A stretch of DNA of 64,000 bases from the human T2T-CHM13v2.0 reference genome, Homo sapiens (GCF_009914755.1 NC_060943.1); one strand, 5' to 3'; shown: positions 27,669-48,825, numbered from the stretch's first letter. Notes: generated from the sequence alone by a model not told the origin. A program made the numbers and translations.

Positions 27669-30600
27669 GGCTCCGGGATCGGGAGGGGAGGGCAGGGCGG
27701 GCGGGGCCTGAGGAGAAGGTGAAGGGGGTGTTGAGGGCGTGCCCGGAACCTCCGCGTCTGAAACCTCTCTGCTCCTGAATGTCTCCTCGCCTCATTCACT
27801 CTTGACAGCCCTGACCCTGGAATCTGCCCCCCGCCTCCAATTCCATCCTTGGTGGGGGTGCAGTGGCGAGGTGGGAGGAACAGTGTGCAACCTCCTGGGG
27901 CTCCGGCGTGCAGCCCCTCACCCCAGGAAGCCGTCCCTCCTCCCCTGCCCTCTGGCGAGCTGGGTGGTCGGTGCACTCTCGCCCTTTTCCTCCAGAGTCT
28001 GCCTTCCATTCTACCCCTCTGGGTCTGTCCACACGCTTGGTATTAGCCCAAGTTCTTATCTGTCCGCGCCCTTCGCCTCTCTCCGTCTCTGCAGGTTTCT
28101 CTCTAGATCTGAGACTCTAGCTTCACTCTCCCTCTCCCTGACTCAGCTGCCCTTCTGCTTTCCCCATCCTTCCTATCCCCTCTTCTCTCCCCTCCCTGCC
28201 CTCCTCCGCTCCCCGCCCCCGCCCCAGGCAGACCCTACCTGAGTGAGGGGCCCACGAGGAGCGTCAGCCGCCAGCTGTCTAGAACTTCAGCCCCGAACCA
28301 TGGCTTTTAACCCCTGAACTCCCTCCCCCAGCTCACTCAGCATTTCCTGGTCCCTGGCCTCCCCCTCTCCACCCCCAGTGGCTCAGCGGGATGTCTCCAG
28401 GCACCCCCGACCTGGGCTTGGCCCTCTGCTTGGGGCGGAGCTTCCAGGACGTGCTGGGACCTAGGTCTGACCCCGCCCAAGGCAGAGTTGAACCCACTGT
28501 GAACTTTCAGGCCTCAGGACCCAAAAAAGGGTAAGGGGAAAGCCCATTTCCTTCCCCCTACCCCGCTGAGTTCCATGCCCATCCCTAACTTCAACCCATT
28601 CTGCACCCAGTTTTCTAACCTCTTCTCCAACCCCATGCATAATTCTTAATAGGCAGTCAGCCCCCAGATGGCCGTGTTCTATCAGATTCCCACCTCCCTA
28701 TCCATCCCTAACCATACCAAGTACTCCAGCCTGTTCCTCAACCCCAGTCCCATCTCCAACCTCATCTCAGGTTTAGCTCTCAACACATCCAGGTTCCAAT
28801 TCCCAGTCTCATCTCAACCCTTTTTCTTTTGAAAGACACAAGGACACCCACAATTATCCCATCATCCTGCCTCCCTGCTCCCGCCAACCACCGGACACAA
28901 GAAGGAAATCATCAGCTGGGTGGATAGAAAATCAGCTCCCTCGGACTTGGATGGGGGCAGAGATGCGACCTGAGAAAGCAACATTTTCCAGAAATGGCCT
29001 TTTAGGAGCAGGGCCAGAGGGGGTGAGGGAGTCCACGGGGACCTAGGTGGAGAGGAAAAAGCAGGAGCCGGAAAGCTTTGAAGACGTGGATTGGGGGTGG
29101 GGGAGAGGAAGGAGGAAGGGGTGGTGTTTTGAGAATGAGTAGGTGTCTCCAGGAACTATGACTGGGTGGAGCCCTGAGTTAATCCTAGGGGGTGGAGGGG
29201 ACAGGATTAGGGATTAAGGACTGAGGTGGGGTCAGAATTTGGAAGAAAGCCAGGGACGTGGACCAGATGAAGTTTGGAAAGAGTGAGAGAGTGGAGGTGT
29301 CACAATGAGGATAAAGAATAGAGATGGATGGGGCGAGGGCTCACATGGAAACTTGTACAGTCCTTATTGATGGAGTTCAGATTTGGATGTGGAGATCAAA
29401 TCTAGTGTCAAAGGGTAACTTTTAAAACATGGTCTTACCATGACTCTCTGACATATATGAAATGAACATATGTCAAAGATTGTATCTTGACTCATTAATA
29501 AATGGCAGAGCCAGTAAGATGTTACAAAGAGCCATATGCACAGAGACAACGAGGAATGCTGAAATGAATTTACAAATAGATGCAAAACTGGCTATTCCAC
29601 ACTGGGAGGAGGAGGGAAATCCATTGTACTTCCACCTGGCAAAATTCATGTAAACATTTATGGACAAGAATTATTTGCATTGCTCTCAGATACCTACAAT
29701 TTAGAGTCATAAAGTGGCTCAAAGACAGGAAAGGGTACAGAGACCTCATAAAATCAGATAACCCATCTAACTTTGCATTGGCGACACCTCAGTGTCCAAT
29801 GTTGGGTCCATTTCAAAGTATTTTGCTAAGAAGAAAAATATGGCTTAATATAGGAAATCAGTAGAGTCTATGGTTAAGGATGGGCCTGATGACAACATTA
29901 GGAATGCAATGAGTTTGGGGAGGTGAATGAAAATTGGATGAGGATGGGTATAGAGTTGGAGGTGGTAGTTGAGCTGGTTTTGGGATAGGATTAGATTGTA
30001 AGATGGGAGGTATCTAGGGATAAGTTGGTGTTGGGGTACTGTTGGGTTGGGGCTGAAGATGGAACCAAGATTGAGGTTTTGGATGGGGAAATGTTAAGAT
30101 GTGGTTGAGCTGGGGTAGTGGGTTGACATGGGTGATGAGGACTGGCCATGAGGTTGAGTGTCTATGATGCAGTAGGTTTTGGTGGGGGTGAGCTGGGTCA
30201 TACCCCACCTCTCAAGGTGAAAGAAAGGTCACTGTCTTTCTCCACCCTGGACTTCTCCCACCTCACAGGGCGGGGTCTGAGTTCACTTTTTGAGTGGAAT
30301 TGTGTTCAGGTGGTGTGGCTGGAGGTAGGATGCCAGGTTAAGTGCGGCAACCAGCTTATGTGGGAAATCGGGGTACTTGTACCCTCCTGTGACCTGGGTC
30401 CATGCTTCCAGAGAAGCCTTTCTCACTTGGGAAAAGCTGGAGCCTGGAGTGAGGGTGGTTGGCCTTGTTATTTGCTGAGGGGTGAGTGCCAGGTCAAATT
30501 GATGTTAGGGGTTATGATTGGCCGAACGCGGGTTGGGTAGCTCTGGTTGAAGTGAGGTCATGGACCCACTGAGGGCTGGGCACCTTCCACCCCCTCACTT

Positions 30601-31399
30601 GATGAACAAGCCCACGGCTGAAAGTCACACACAAACTGGACCAAATCCAAGTGCGCTTCTGTCACAGGTGCAGGTCTTTCCTCCACCACAGAGAACCGGG
30701 CTGGAGAAAGAAGAAGAAAGGACCCGAAAAAGAGATGGTGTTCCTAGTGGTTCTGACCTCAGACTCTGGAGCTAGACTGCCTGAGTTCAGACGATGTGAC
30801 TGCTCTGTGCCTCAGCATCCCCATTTGTAAAATGGCACAATCAATAGCACTTGCCTTATGGAGAAGGGTTAACTGGATTAATACCCAAAAATGCTTCGAA
30901 GAGAGTGTGGCATGGACCAAGGGCCACAATGCTCCTGTTAAATAAGTAAAGCTTAAGATGGAGGCATCTGACGGTTCCAGGAGGCCCCTCCCTATCTTGG
31001 CTTCAAAATGGGATTCTTTGTCAAGCAGGAACTGGAACTTCTGGTTGGAAGTGCTAGCTGGGATGAGAAAGTAGGCCCCACACCCAGGCCCAGAGGAGGG
31101 GCCCCAACGCAAACATGAAGGGAGGGGAAGACTGAGAGATACAAAGGGCTAAATACACAGAGACAGAAAGATGGGGCAGGTGGGAGAGGACAGAAAGAAA
31201 ATTCAGAGAAGGACAGAGGCACAGAGATAGAAAGAGAGAGATGCCCAGTGAGAAGCAGACTCTTGGTGAGAAAGAGGCACAGAGAGTTGAGAAACATGGA
31301 TTCTTCTTTAGAGCTGGATCCGTGTTATTCAGGATGTGGCTCCAGTCATCATGCATCCCAGGCAGCAATAACACATCGCTTTCATCCATCAGAATAGCA

Positions 31400-32865
31400 A
31401 AAATTAGAAAGGTCAGTCTTGCCACCTACCTGCGTGCCCACATCCTCTGTCTCCTCTCCCATTTCTCTAGATGAACAGTCTGCACCTGCAGCTAAGATAG
31501 ACGCCTCCACTGGTGCTGGTATCCTGTCCTCTCTTGCCTTCTGGAGGGCATTGCTCCAGCCAGCAGTTCTCTGTTCTCTTTCCTGCAACATGTTTTCCTT
31601 CTTCTCCAAGGAGCAGCCCCATTAGCATGCAAATATACTACAGTTTCTCCCATCTCTCGTTAAAATTTGAAAACCAACCAACAAAAATTTCTCCCCACTC
31701 TCATGTTCTCCTTCAGCTCCTGGCCCATTTTCTGCTCTGTACAACTGCAATCCTTCCCTAAAAAGTTGGCTAAGCTCACTGCCTGCAATTCCTGTCCTCC
31801 CGTCCTCCCTGGAGCCCACACTATGAAGGCTTTCTCTCCCATTGCTGTACCAACCATGCCCCTGTTTAGGGCAACAGTGACCTCCACGGTACTGAATCCA
31901 AGGGCCGTCTCTTCAGGTTCATCTTACTGGAGTTATCAGCAGCATTTAACAAGTGGACTACTCCCTGTTTCTTTCCTTGGCTTCTGGGACACTATGCTCT
32001 CCTGGTTTTCCTCATCACTCACTGGTTGATTCTCATCCGTGTCTGGAGGTGGTTTCTTCCTGTCTCCCCAGTCTCTACATGGTGGAGCACCTCAGGCTTC
32101 GGTCCTTGGCCTTCTTCTCTCCTCTGTCTATATTCACTCCCTCGGTGATCTCATCTGGTCTCGTGGCTTTAAATACCATCTACATGTTGACGACTCCCAA
32201 ATTTATGTCTCCAGCCAGGTCTGACTCTCAAACTCTCCACTTAACATCCAGCTGCCTACTCAACATCTCCATGTTCAAAACCAACTTCTGTTCTCTGCCC
32301 TTCCCATGTTCCAAACATACTTCTCTTGTGGGTCTTGGGCTTCTCAGCGGATGTTCACACCATCCTTTTCATTACCTGGTCAATACTTCAGTCTCACCGT
32401 CGAATCCCTTTTCTCACACCATACATACATTTTGTTACCAAATTCCATCGGTTCTATCTTCAGGGTGGATCCAGAATCTGACTGTTTCTTACCACATTCC
32501 ATCTTTGCTACCCTGGTCCCACTCAGCCTGCATCATCTCTCACCTGGATTACTGCAAGTTTCCTATCTGGTCTCTTTGCTTCTGTCCTTGTCCTCCTACA
32601 CTCTAATTTTAATGCAGCTACCAGAGTGACCTTTTAGAATGTAAGTCAGAGCAGGTCACTTTTCTCAAAACCCTGCAGTAGCATCCACTGCACTCCAAGT
32701 GAAAGTGGCATTTCCTTCTGGTTGGCATATAAGGCCCAAGATCTTCTCTTCTCTTGTCCCTCTAATGCTGGGCATGCTTCCATCTCAGGGCTTTTGTGCC
32801 TGAAACCCTCTTCCCCCAGATGTCTGCATGGTCCCCTGTATTCTTGCCATCTTCTTCATGAAGGC
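31400..32865 (-). mobile_element. Long L2 fragment
   Basis: gtggctttaaataccatctacatgttgacgactcccaaattt, tccagaatctgac, cacctggattactgca. Confidence 0.75.
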
Positions 32866-32877
32866 CCTCTTGACCAC

Positions 32878-33445
32878 TGTTCTTGGGAGTCTCCAGGACA
32901 GTTTCAGTGATTCACTAGAAGGACTCATAAAACTCAGAAAAGTTGTTATAGTTTTGGTTTCTTACAGTGAAAGGACACAGATTAAAATGAGCAAAGAAAA
33001 AAGGTGCATCGGGCAGAGTCTGGGAGAGACCAGGCATGAGCCTCCACCTGTCTTCTCCCAGTGGAGTTTGTGGACAGTGCATAATTCCCCCAGCAATAAT
33101 GTATGACAACACGCTGGAGCATCGCCAGCCAGGGAAGCTCACCCAAGCCTTGATGTCCAGGGTTTATATTGGGGGTTAGTCATATCGACATGACTGCCTG
33201 TTTGTGTGGCTGACCTTAGCTCCAGATCCTCTAGAGGTCAAATTGATACAACATGTCCCTAGGTCCCCACCATAAGTCACATTGTTATAGATTATCTGGC
33301 ATGGCTCAAGCCCCAGAGAGACAAAGACACTGTTACTTAGCAAGATATTCCAAGAGCATAGAGGTTATCTCCCAGAAGCCAGGCAAGGGCCAAAAGTTTC
33401 ACTGTAGTGTGCAGGGTTTGGACAGTCCAAGCCTGCTGGGTTGTA
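32878..33445 (-). mobile_element. MER21-like LTR
   Basis: gattcactagaaggactca...cagtgaaaggacacagattaaaat. Confidence 0.65.
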
Positions 33446-33727
33446 CAACCACCCAACATAAAATTGCAACTCTCCTCTGACATTCTCTATCCTGTTACTC
33501 TGCTTTATTTTCTTCTATGGCATTTATTCCCATCTGTCAGGCGTAATGTTTTACTTATTCATTTGTTTCTGTCTGCCTCCCCTCTAGAATGTGAACTCCC
33601 TGAGGAAAGAATTGTTCAAATATTTTGCTCCTAGAACAATACCTGGTACACAATCAGATTTAATGAATATTTGCTGAATAAATAAATGAACTATGGGCAT
33701 TAAATATTTACTGAATGAATAAATATG

Positions 33728-34159
33728 TGTTACAGGCTGAGAAAATGGGGGTTGTGACCAACTCAGTTTACCACTCGAGGCTATATGAGCAAACAGAAAA
33801 CTGTTCTCATGAAAGCAGGATGTTGGAAAACTGACAACTGCATCTGCCACCAGAAAAGGTGCTGAGGGCAGTCACGCCTCAAGCACAGTGTTCCTTGTGA
33901 TTATCCGAAAGAACATCTGAAGCCTGTTGTACAAAGAAAACAATTATATGTACCTGTGATTAATCAAGCAGCTGATCAACCGTTACCTCTCCCTCCCTGC
34001 TCTTTCTACCTAATATAAATGAAGGGCTGTAGAAGCTCAAGGCTGCCTTTGCTCACCAGAAGCAAGGAGCTCCCTGACACATTCTTTCAAAACAGATCTC
34101 TTGTCTTTATTTCTGCATTCGTCCCCCTTCATTCACTTCCGTAGGAACCGTCAGTGACA
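33728..34159 (+). mobile_element. Solo LTR3-type (HERV-K HML-6) LTR
   Basis: TG...CA termini; 6-bp TSD AATATG, typical of betaretrovirus-like elements; gaggctatatgagcaaacag...aatcaagcagctga. Confidence 0.85.
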
Positions 34160-34176
34160 AATATGGATATTGTTGA

Positions 34177-34434
<258 letters not shown>

Positions 34435-35689
34435 TGATCTGCCCGCCTTGGCCTCCCAAAGTGCTGGGATTACAGGCGTGAGCCACCGCACCTGGTCGAA
34501 CCCTTCTTTGTTAGACAAAAACTTGCCAGTATTCGGTGAAATTGATTAAGAATAGGCCTTTAGGCCCCTTGGTCCCACTCCTGTGTGAATGGTCAAGAGG
34601 AGTCTTGTATAGATACATAAGTGGCACGCTCAAAGTGAAGGGAACCTAGGTGTCCATCACTGAAGGACTGGGTTACTAAACATGGTGGATGTGTACTATG
34701 CAGCGGCGCTTCTCAAATCCTAACATGCACTGAGTGCCCTGGCAATCTTGTTATATATAACGCAGATTCCGATTCAGTTGGTCTGGGTGAGATCTAAGAC
34801 TCCAGTTCTAATAAGTGATTCAGAATTGCTATTTTCTGCACCACGCTATGTGAAGCAAGGGCAAAAACCAGAGTAGTGCTGTTCAATGGGACTTCCAGTG
34901 ATGAGATGCAAATAATTCTATCTATAATATATCCGTGCTGTCAATATGGCAGCCGCTAGCCACGTACGGTTATTGAAATGTTGTGAGTATGACTAAGGAA
35001 TGGAATTTTAAGGTGCATCTAATTTTAATTAATTTTAATCAAAAATTAAATGGCCACACCAGTTGTGGCTAACGGCTACCATATTGGACAACATATGTCT
35101 AGAAGACTCTGGGGCAGTTAGAAGCAGTGAACTAGATGAGCAAATAGTGATGCAGATAGATTGTTACAAGATGATTTGACGAAATCAGATGACGTATTTA
35201 ATAATACAACCTGACCCCTCACCTACACCTACCTTCCTTCACACACTATTTAATTGAATGTAAAATACTGTTGATTATATTGCACTTTATTTTGTAGACC
35301 ACTCAGAAAGAAAAAGAAGTTGCCAATTAAATTATGAGGTGTAAGACATCATGCTGAATTAAGATGTAAGATGCTTCCTAATTTCAGAGATGTGAAAAAT
35401 ATGAAAAGAATGTGTCTTTAAATCAATAAAATATAATGTTCAACCACCATAGCTGGAACTTTGAGTTGCAAATAAAATTAAAGTAGTCTTTAAACTATTT
35501 TTATTTAGCTTTATAGAAGGATGCAGGTTGAGAATTATAGCATGAGTTATATCATGTCACTGGGTGCCCAAATCTACCCAAGTACACAACTTCTTTTCTC
35601 TCCTTTTTCCTATAGGGCTTGTATGGCTGCTAAGTATTAAATCCACAGTGTGTGTTTATCACCTTGACACAGAAGGTGCAACCTCCACA

Positions 35690-38220
<2,531 letters not shown>

Positions 38221-39942
38221 GAGGGAGCCTCTACTTCCCAGCAATCTTTCGTGCATGTCCCAGACCTGCCACCTTAGGGTTCCCCAATACTGTGCTGTCC
38301 CCATAGAACATAAGGTGAGTACAACATTCTATTTTAGCTATACTCTGCAGTATCCAAGCACAGAACTTTGAGAAGACAGACACTAAGATCATGAGGTCAT
38401 TCCCAGGCAGACCCATCCAAGGGTGCCTGGTAAAGGTTTAGCAATGACTGTCCGGCAAAGCCCTATCTATAGTGTTTTTCAATTTCAGTGCAGTAAATAC
38501 TTCTTCTTTGGCTATTGTCAAGCTACTGGTGCAGACAGAGTTGGGGAGTTGGAAAGAGGTGTGCAGAAACTCATCATTACAGACGTAGTACAAGAGACAT
38601 ATCTCACTCCCAAGCATAGGTATTAGTTGAAATAATTAGCAACAGTTGAGTTTTGAGTATTTACTGACAATTTTTTTAATCAATTATGTAATTATACGCT
38701 TATGTAATTTAATTTTTAATGATGGCTGCATTTAGCAACTGGTTCTCGAAATTCCTGAAAATTTGCTGGTAGACTCTTGCGAGCATGTATGAGCTGGCCC
38801 TGGCACACATTGGGCCTGCCGCCCAGCCCAAGTTTATTGACCTCGTTACTCATAGGGACTCTGCTTTATTTTAAAATTATGTTTATGGCTTCTTGTCTGT
38901 CATCTCCTGCTAGAATATAAGTTCTGTGAGGGCAGGGATTCTGACTGGCTTGCTCACAGTTCTTCCTCCAGCACCCAGAACAATGCCTGGTGTATAGCAG
39001 GTGCCTAATAAATAGACCAATGCCTGGCCCGTAGTAGGTGCTCAATAGCTGTTGATGAGTGAAAGTAAGAAAGAGAATGAGATTCCTAACACAATGGTTT
39101 CATGTAAATTAGAAACAGTACACTGTGACACTGCCTTGTTTTCCAAGGATGCAGGGCACTCAAAGCCATTTATGTCGGTGCCTGTGGGGAGGGAGGGGAG
39201 CAGAGCCAGAGATGAAGAGTGGAAATAAATTAATAAAATGAGAGAAGGGCTTTGCCTGGGCAGGAACTGAAGCCTGTGATTAACTCAACTCTCCTCACCT
39301 GAGATCTGATTAGGAAAATGAGGACATCTTCATTTGCATAGAATTTTCCAGGAAACAAGGCACTTAGTTCCCTACCCTGGACCACAGGGGCTCCAGGGAG
39401 GAGGCTGGTAGAAGGCAGTCATGCTCAAGGTCACTCTGCAGGGCTGAGGTGTTTCCGTCTAGAAACCTGATACAGTGGGGTGGACGGGGGACTCCCAAGG
39501 AAAAACACGCAAAGAGGGAGGCAGCCACTTGTCAGTACACAGCTCCTGGCTTGGCATGGTGGGGCCACTGTGTACATGTTTCTTGAAGTCATTAATTGGA
39601 TGGATAAGGCTGGGCGCGGCAGCTCACGCCTGCAATCCCGGCACTTTGGGAAACCGACGTAGGCGGATTGCTTGGGGTCAGGTGTTCGAGACCAGCCTGA
39701 GCAACACAGGGAAACCTCATCTCTACACAAAATTTAAAAAGTAGCGGGGCATGGTGACGGGCACCTGTGGTCCCAGCTACTCGGGAGGCTGAGGTAAGAG
39801 GATCACTGGAGCCCAGGAGGTCACGGTTGCAGTGAGCTATGATTGCGTTACAGCATTTCACCAGGAGACTGAGCAAGACCTTGTCTCAAAAAATAAAAAG
39901 TAAACACATGGATGAATGAATACAATTTAGGATGATTCCATT

Positions 39943-39961
39943 TTTATTGTCATTATTTATT
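39943..39961 (-). terminator. Tandem AATAAA poly(A) signals downstream of KLK14
   Basis: tttatt at 39943-39948 and 39956-39961 on + strand. Confidence 0.6.
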
Positions 39962-40164
39962 CGGTTTTTAGAGACACTAAGCGTGTTAAAAATTGTCGTC
40001 TTTGGAATACAATGCCGGTTTAAGGGGTCTGTGCTCCTGCCCTCTGTGCCTCCGGTCTTGAGTAGTGATGGTGACACAGCAAGGGTGGGGGCTTGGTGGG
40101 GAGAAAACGCCTGAAGCAACTGCTCTGGGAAAGGAGAGATCAGAGCCGGAGTAAAGATCAGGAT

Positions 40165-40555
40165 GCTGGGGACTGGGGCTCCTGGGTCTGAGGGAGGAGG
40201 GGCTGGGCCTGGACTCCTGGGTCTCAAGGAGGAGGGGCTGGGGGACTGGGGCTCCTGGGTCTGAGGGAGGAGGGGCTGGGCCTGGATTCCTGGGTCTGAG
40301 GGAGGAGGGGCTGGGGGCCTGGACTCCTGGGTCTGAGGGAGGAGGGACTGGGGCCTGGACTCCTGGGTCTGAGGGAGGAGGGGCTGGGGGCCTGGACTCC
40401 CGGGTCTGAGGGAGGAGGGGCTGGGGCCTGGACTCCTGGGTCTGAGGGAGGAGGGGCTGGGGGCCTGGACTCCCGGGTCTGAGGGAGGAGGGGCTGGGGG
40501 CCTGGACTCCTGGGTCTGAGGGAGGAGGGGCTGGGGCCTGGACTCCTGGGTCCTG
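40165..40555 (+). repeat. MSR1 minisatellite array (about 11 units of 35-38 bp), KLK14 3' region, G-rich on +
   Basis: Tandem GGACTCCTGGGTCTGAGGGAGGAGGGGCTGGGGGCCT units. Confidence 0.95.
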
Positions 40556-40610
40556 AGTAGAGAGAGGAGGGCCTGGGCAGCTGACGAGGTCCATCCCACC
40601 GTGAAGACCA

Positions 40611-45351
<4,741 letters not shown>

Positions 45352-45514
45352 GAAGACACAGCAGAGAGGTAGGGACCAGAGACGAGGGGGGCGGGGCCTG
45401 CAGGCTCTGCGGGCGGCAGGTGGGAGGATGTGGAGCAGGGCACAGGTCCCTCCTTGATGTCTTGATGAAGGAAGGAGGGGAGGTGTCTCTCTTCCTAGTC
45501 ACACTGGCAAAGCC

Positions 45515-45521
45515 TTTTATC
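45515..45521 (-). promoter_or_regulatory. GATAAAA TATA-like box, candidate KLK14 proximal promoter
   Basis: GGGATAAAAGG on - strand about 165 nt upstream of the first ATG; GC box just upstream. Confidence 0.5.
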
Positions 45522-45835
45522 CCTGGTAAGGACAGCTGGCCCTGCCCCCACCTCCCGCCGCCCTGCTTCTGACATTTTTTTTTTTTTATTGCCTAGTTCC
45601 CATTCCAGGACTCCCTGATCCCATCCCCTCCCTCCCCTGTCTGGCCAAAAAAGCAGCCACAATTGTTCATGAGAACCCGCCCAGGGAAGATGCTATAATC
45701 TAGAAGGAATCCTGGGAGGGGACCCCAGGGCAGGGTGGGCAGGGGAGGGTTCCCAGTTGCTGGAGGTGGTGGATCTAGTGGTGGAGTCAGGAAACCAGGG
45801 TGGGGAGTGTCAGAGGAAAGGGCACGAAGGGGCTG

Positions 45836-45890
45836 AGAGAGGGAGGAAGAGATGGACTGAGAGAGGGAGTCACGGGAGGAGGGAGAGAGG

Positions 45891-45924
<34 letters not shown>

Positions 45925-46115
45925 GATGGAGAGAGAGAAAGACAGAGAGACACACAGACAGAGAGAGACAGAGACAGGGTGACGGGGGGGAGAGAGAGAG
46001 AGAGATGGAGAGAGAGACAGAGAGAGAGCCAGACAGAGAGACACAGAGAGAGAGAGAGAAAGAGAGAGACAGAGACAGAGTGACAGAGAGGGGGAGAGCA
46101 AGAGACAGAGAGAGA
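45836..46115 (+). repeat. (GA)n/(GAGACA)n purine tract upstream of the KLK14 coding exons
   Basis: Direct observation. Confidence 0.9.
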
Positions 46116-46714
46116 CTGGGAAAATGAATGAGAAGATATGACAGTGGAGAGAGAGGAGTCCAGGAATACGAGCACAGAGGCAGGTGTGCTCATGAGAGAA
46201 GGAACTGAGGAGAGAGCTGGAGAAACCGGTGGAAGTTGGATGTGACAGGGAACAGAAGAGGCAGACGGTGGGAAAAAAACAAGACAGAGGAAGAGGGAGA
46301 CACAGAGACGCAGGGAGAGAGGGGTGTGGAGAAGTGGAGATAGAAAAGCAAAAGACGGAGGGAAGAAGGTGGAGATAGAATGGAAACAGACACACAGAAA
46401 GAGAAAACAGTGGAGAGAGAGGAGAGAGGCCGAGACGCCCCCACCATGCGGCACTCACCACAAACACACACAGAACAACAGCGATGATGATGAAGGCAGT
46501 GCGGGCATGAGACGTGGAAGAGAACGGGACATGGTGGGAGAAAGAGGATGGGACAGGCAGGCCGATGGCAGAGGGGAGACGGGAAGGATGGGCACCTACA
46601 GGGGATGGGGACAATGACAGAGGAGACGGAGGCCTAGATGAGAGATGGCAGCGCCAGGGAGAGATGGAGAGGAGGGGTGGGATAGAGGACGGGCAGGAGG
46701 TGGGCGGGAGATAC

Positions 46715-46841
46715 CTGGACCTGGAGCAGAGCTGCCCACCTTGCTTTCTCACTTTCGACTCCTGAGAGATGGGGGAGCAGAGGCCCCAGCAGGGAGCAGG
46801 AAGGTTGGTGCCAGAACTGGCATTCCCCAGCTTGGGATCTG
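46715..46841 (-). other. Candidate KLK14 5' non-coding exon
   Basis: Pyrimidine tract with TAG/CAG tandem acceptor at about 46843; donor CAG|GTATCT at 46714. Confidence 0.45.
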
Positions 46842-47544
46842 CTAGGTGCAGAGACAAAGTGAGAGCTGGAGATGCAAAGAGAGAGTGACAGAGACCCAGA
46901 GAGGGGGACAGAGACCCAGAGGGAGAGGGAGAGAGACCCAGAAAGAGAAGGGGACAGAGATTCAGAGACAGAAGGACAGTCTTAACAGACGGGGTTGGAA
47001 ATTCAAAATAGGAGACGGCAGAGAGCAGGAGAGACAGAGTGAATGAGATGGGGAAGGATTCTGGCCAGCCTGCAGGGGGGTTCTGGAGTTGGGGGGGTTC
47101 CATCCTCATTTGGGGGAGGGCCTACCCTCCTCAGCCCCTCCCCTAGCCCCTTAAATTCCCCAGTGCTTGTGTCCGTCTCTGGGCCTGGGCAGCCCCGTAC
47201 CTGGACCACGTGGTGACTCAGGAGGCTGCTTGCCTCCCTTGGCTACCCCAACTGTTCCCCGGCCTCAGCCTGACTCAGCCTCCCTCCACCTCGGCACCCC
47301 CCTAGGCTGGCTCTTTGAGCTGGAGCTTGGCCTGGGTCTGTCTGTACACCTGGGGACGCACTGTCTGGGCACCTGCATCTGGAGCCACACACCCATCTCT
47401 CCCCAGGTGCCTTTCTGTGATTCCTGAACTGTTTCTGTTTAACTATGGGCCTCCCTGCTTTGAGCTGAAGGCCTTGGGAAGCCTTCCCGGCCTCCTCTGC
47501 CTTGGTTCAGGCTCGGCATCAACACAAGAACCCCCTCTTTATTT

Positions 47545-47902
47545 TTAAATTTTTAAATTTATTTTATTTATTTATTTATTTTATTTTTTTTTCTTTTTTT
47601 CTTTTTCTTTTTTTTTTTTTTGAGACAGAGTCTCACTCTTTAGCCCCGGCTGGAGTGCAGTGGCTCAATCTCGGCTCACTGCAACCTCTGCCTCCTGGGT
47701 TCAAGCGATTCTCCTGCCTCAGCCTCCTGAGTAGCTGGGGCTATAGGCACCCACCACCATGCCCCGCTCATTTTTTTGTATTTTTAGTAAAGACAGGGTT
47801 TCACCATGTTGGCCAGTCTGGTCTCAAACTCCTGACCTCAAATGATCCACCCTCCTTGGCCTCCCAAAGTGCAAGGATTACAGGCATGAGCCACCACACC
47901 CG
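47545..47902 (-). mobile_element. AluS in the left palindrome arm
   Basis: TSD caagaac(c/t)ccctcttt. Confidence 0.9.
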
Positions 47903-48439
47903 TCAAGAACTCCCTCTTTTAAGAAAGGGTTCTCTTGGGACCCAGGGATGGGGTGGCAGGAGGGAGCTGCTCTGTGGTGACGAATCAGCTTTGCACTGGA
48001 TGTGGCGGTGATTACACGATTCTACACATGAGATAAAGAGACACAGAAGCCCACGTGCACACACACACGTGCAAAGAAATGCGTGTGAAAAATGAACGCG
48101 CAGTGTGATCTGTAGTCTCATTAATAGTTTGGTTTCTGTGTTGATTTCCTGGTTTCCATTCTGAACGACAGTTACACAAGGTGTCGCCACGGGGAGAAGT
48201 AGGTGAGGGAGATTCCCTATGCTGTGTGTGTAGCCTCCTGTGAGTCTGTAATTATCTCAAAGGAAAAAGTTAAAAATAAAACAGAATTTCCTAGTAAACA
48301 CAAGGTCTCCCTGTTCCTAAAAAGAACACCCTACTTAAGCAGAAGGCCTTGGTCAACCCCCAGGAGCCTGGGAGTGGCTCCTTCATGCCACTCTATCCCT
48401 GAGATCCAAGAGAATCCTTTCTTTAAAGGGTGGCAGGGG

Positions 48440-48825
<386 letters not shown>

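Noticed and set aside
30599-30700. Calling this a kallikrein pseudogene
   Set aside because: QPW and VLCGG motifs are in different frames and the wrong order, and no His/Asp/Ser exons were found nearby; kept only as an orphan exon candidate.
45787-47109. 440-aa ORF on the - strand
   Set aside because: Translation of a CT-rich low-complexity strand that lacks stop codons; no recognisable domain.
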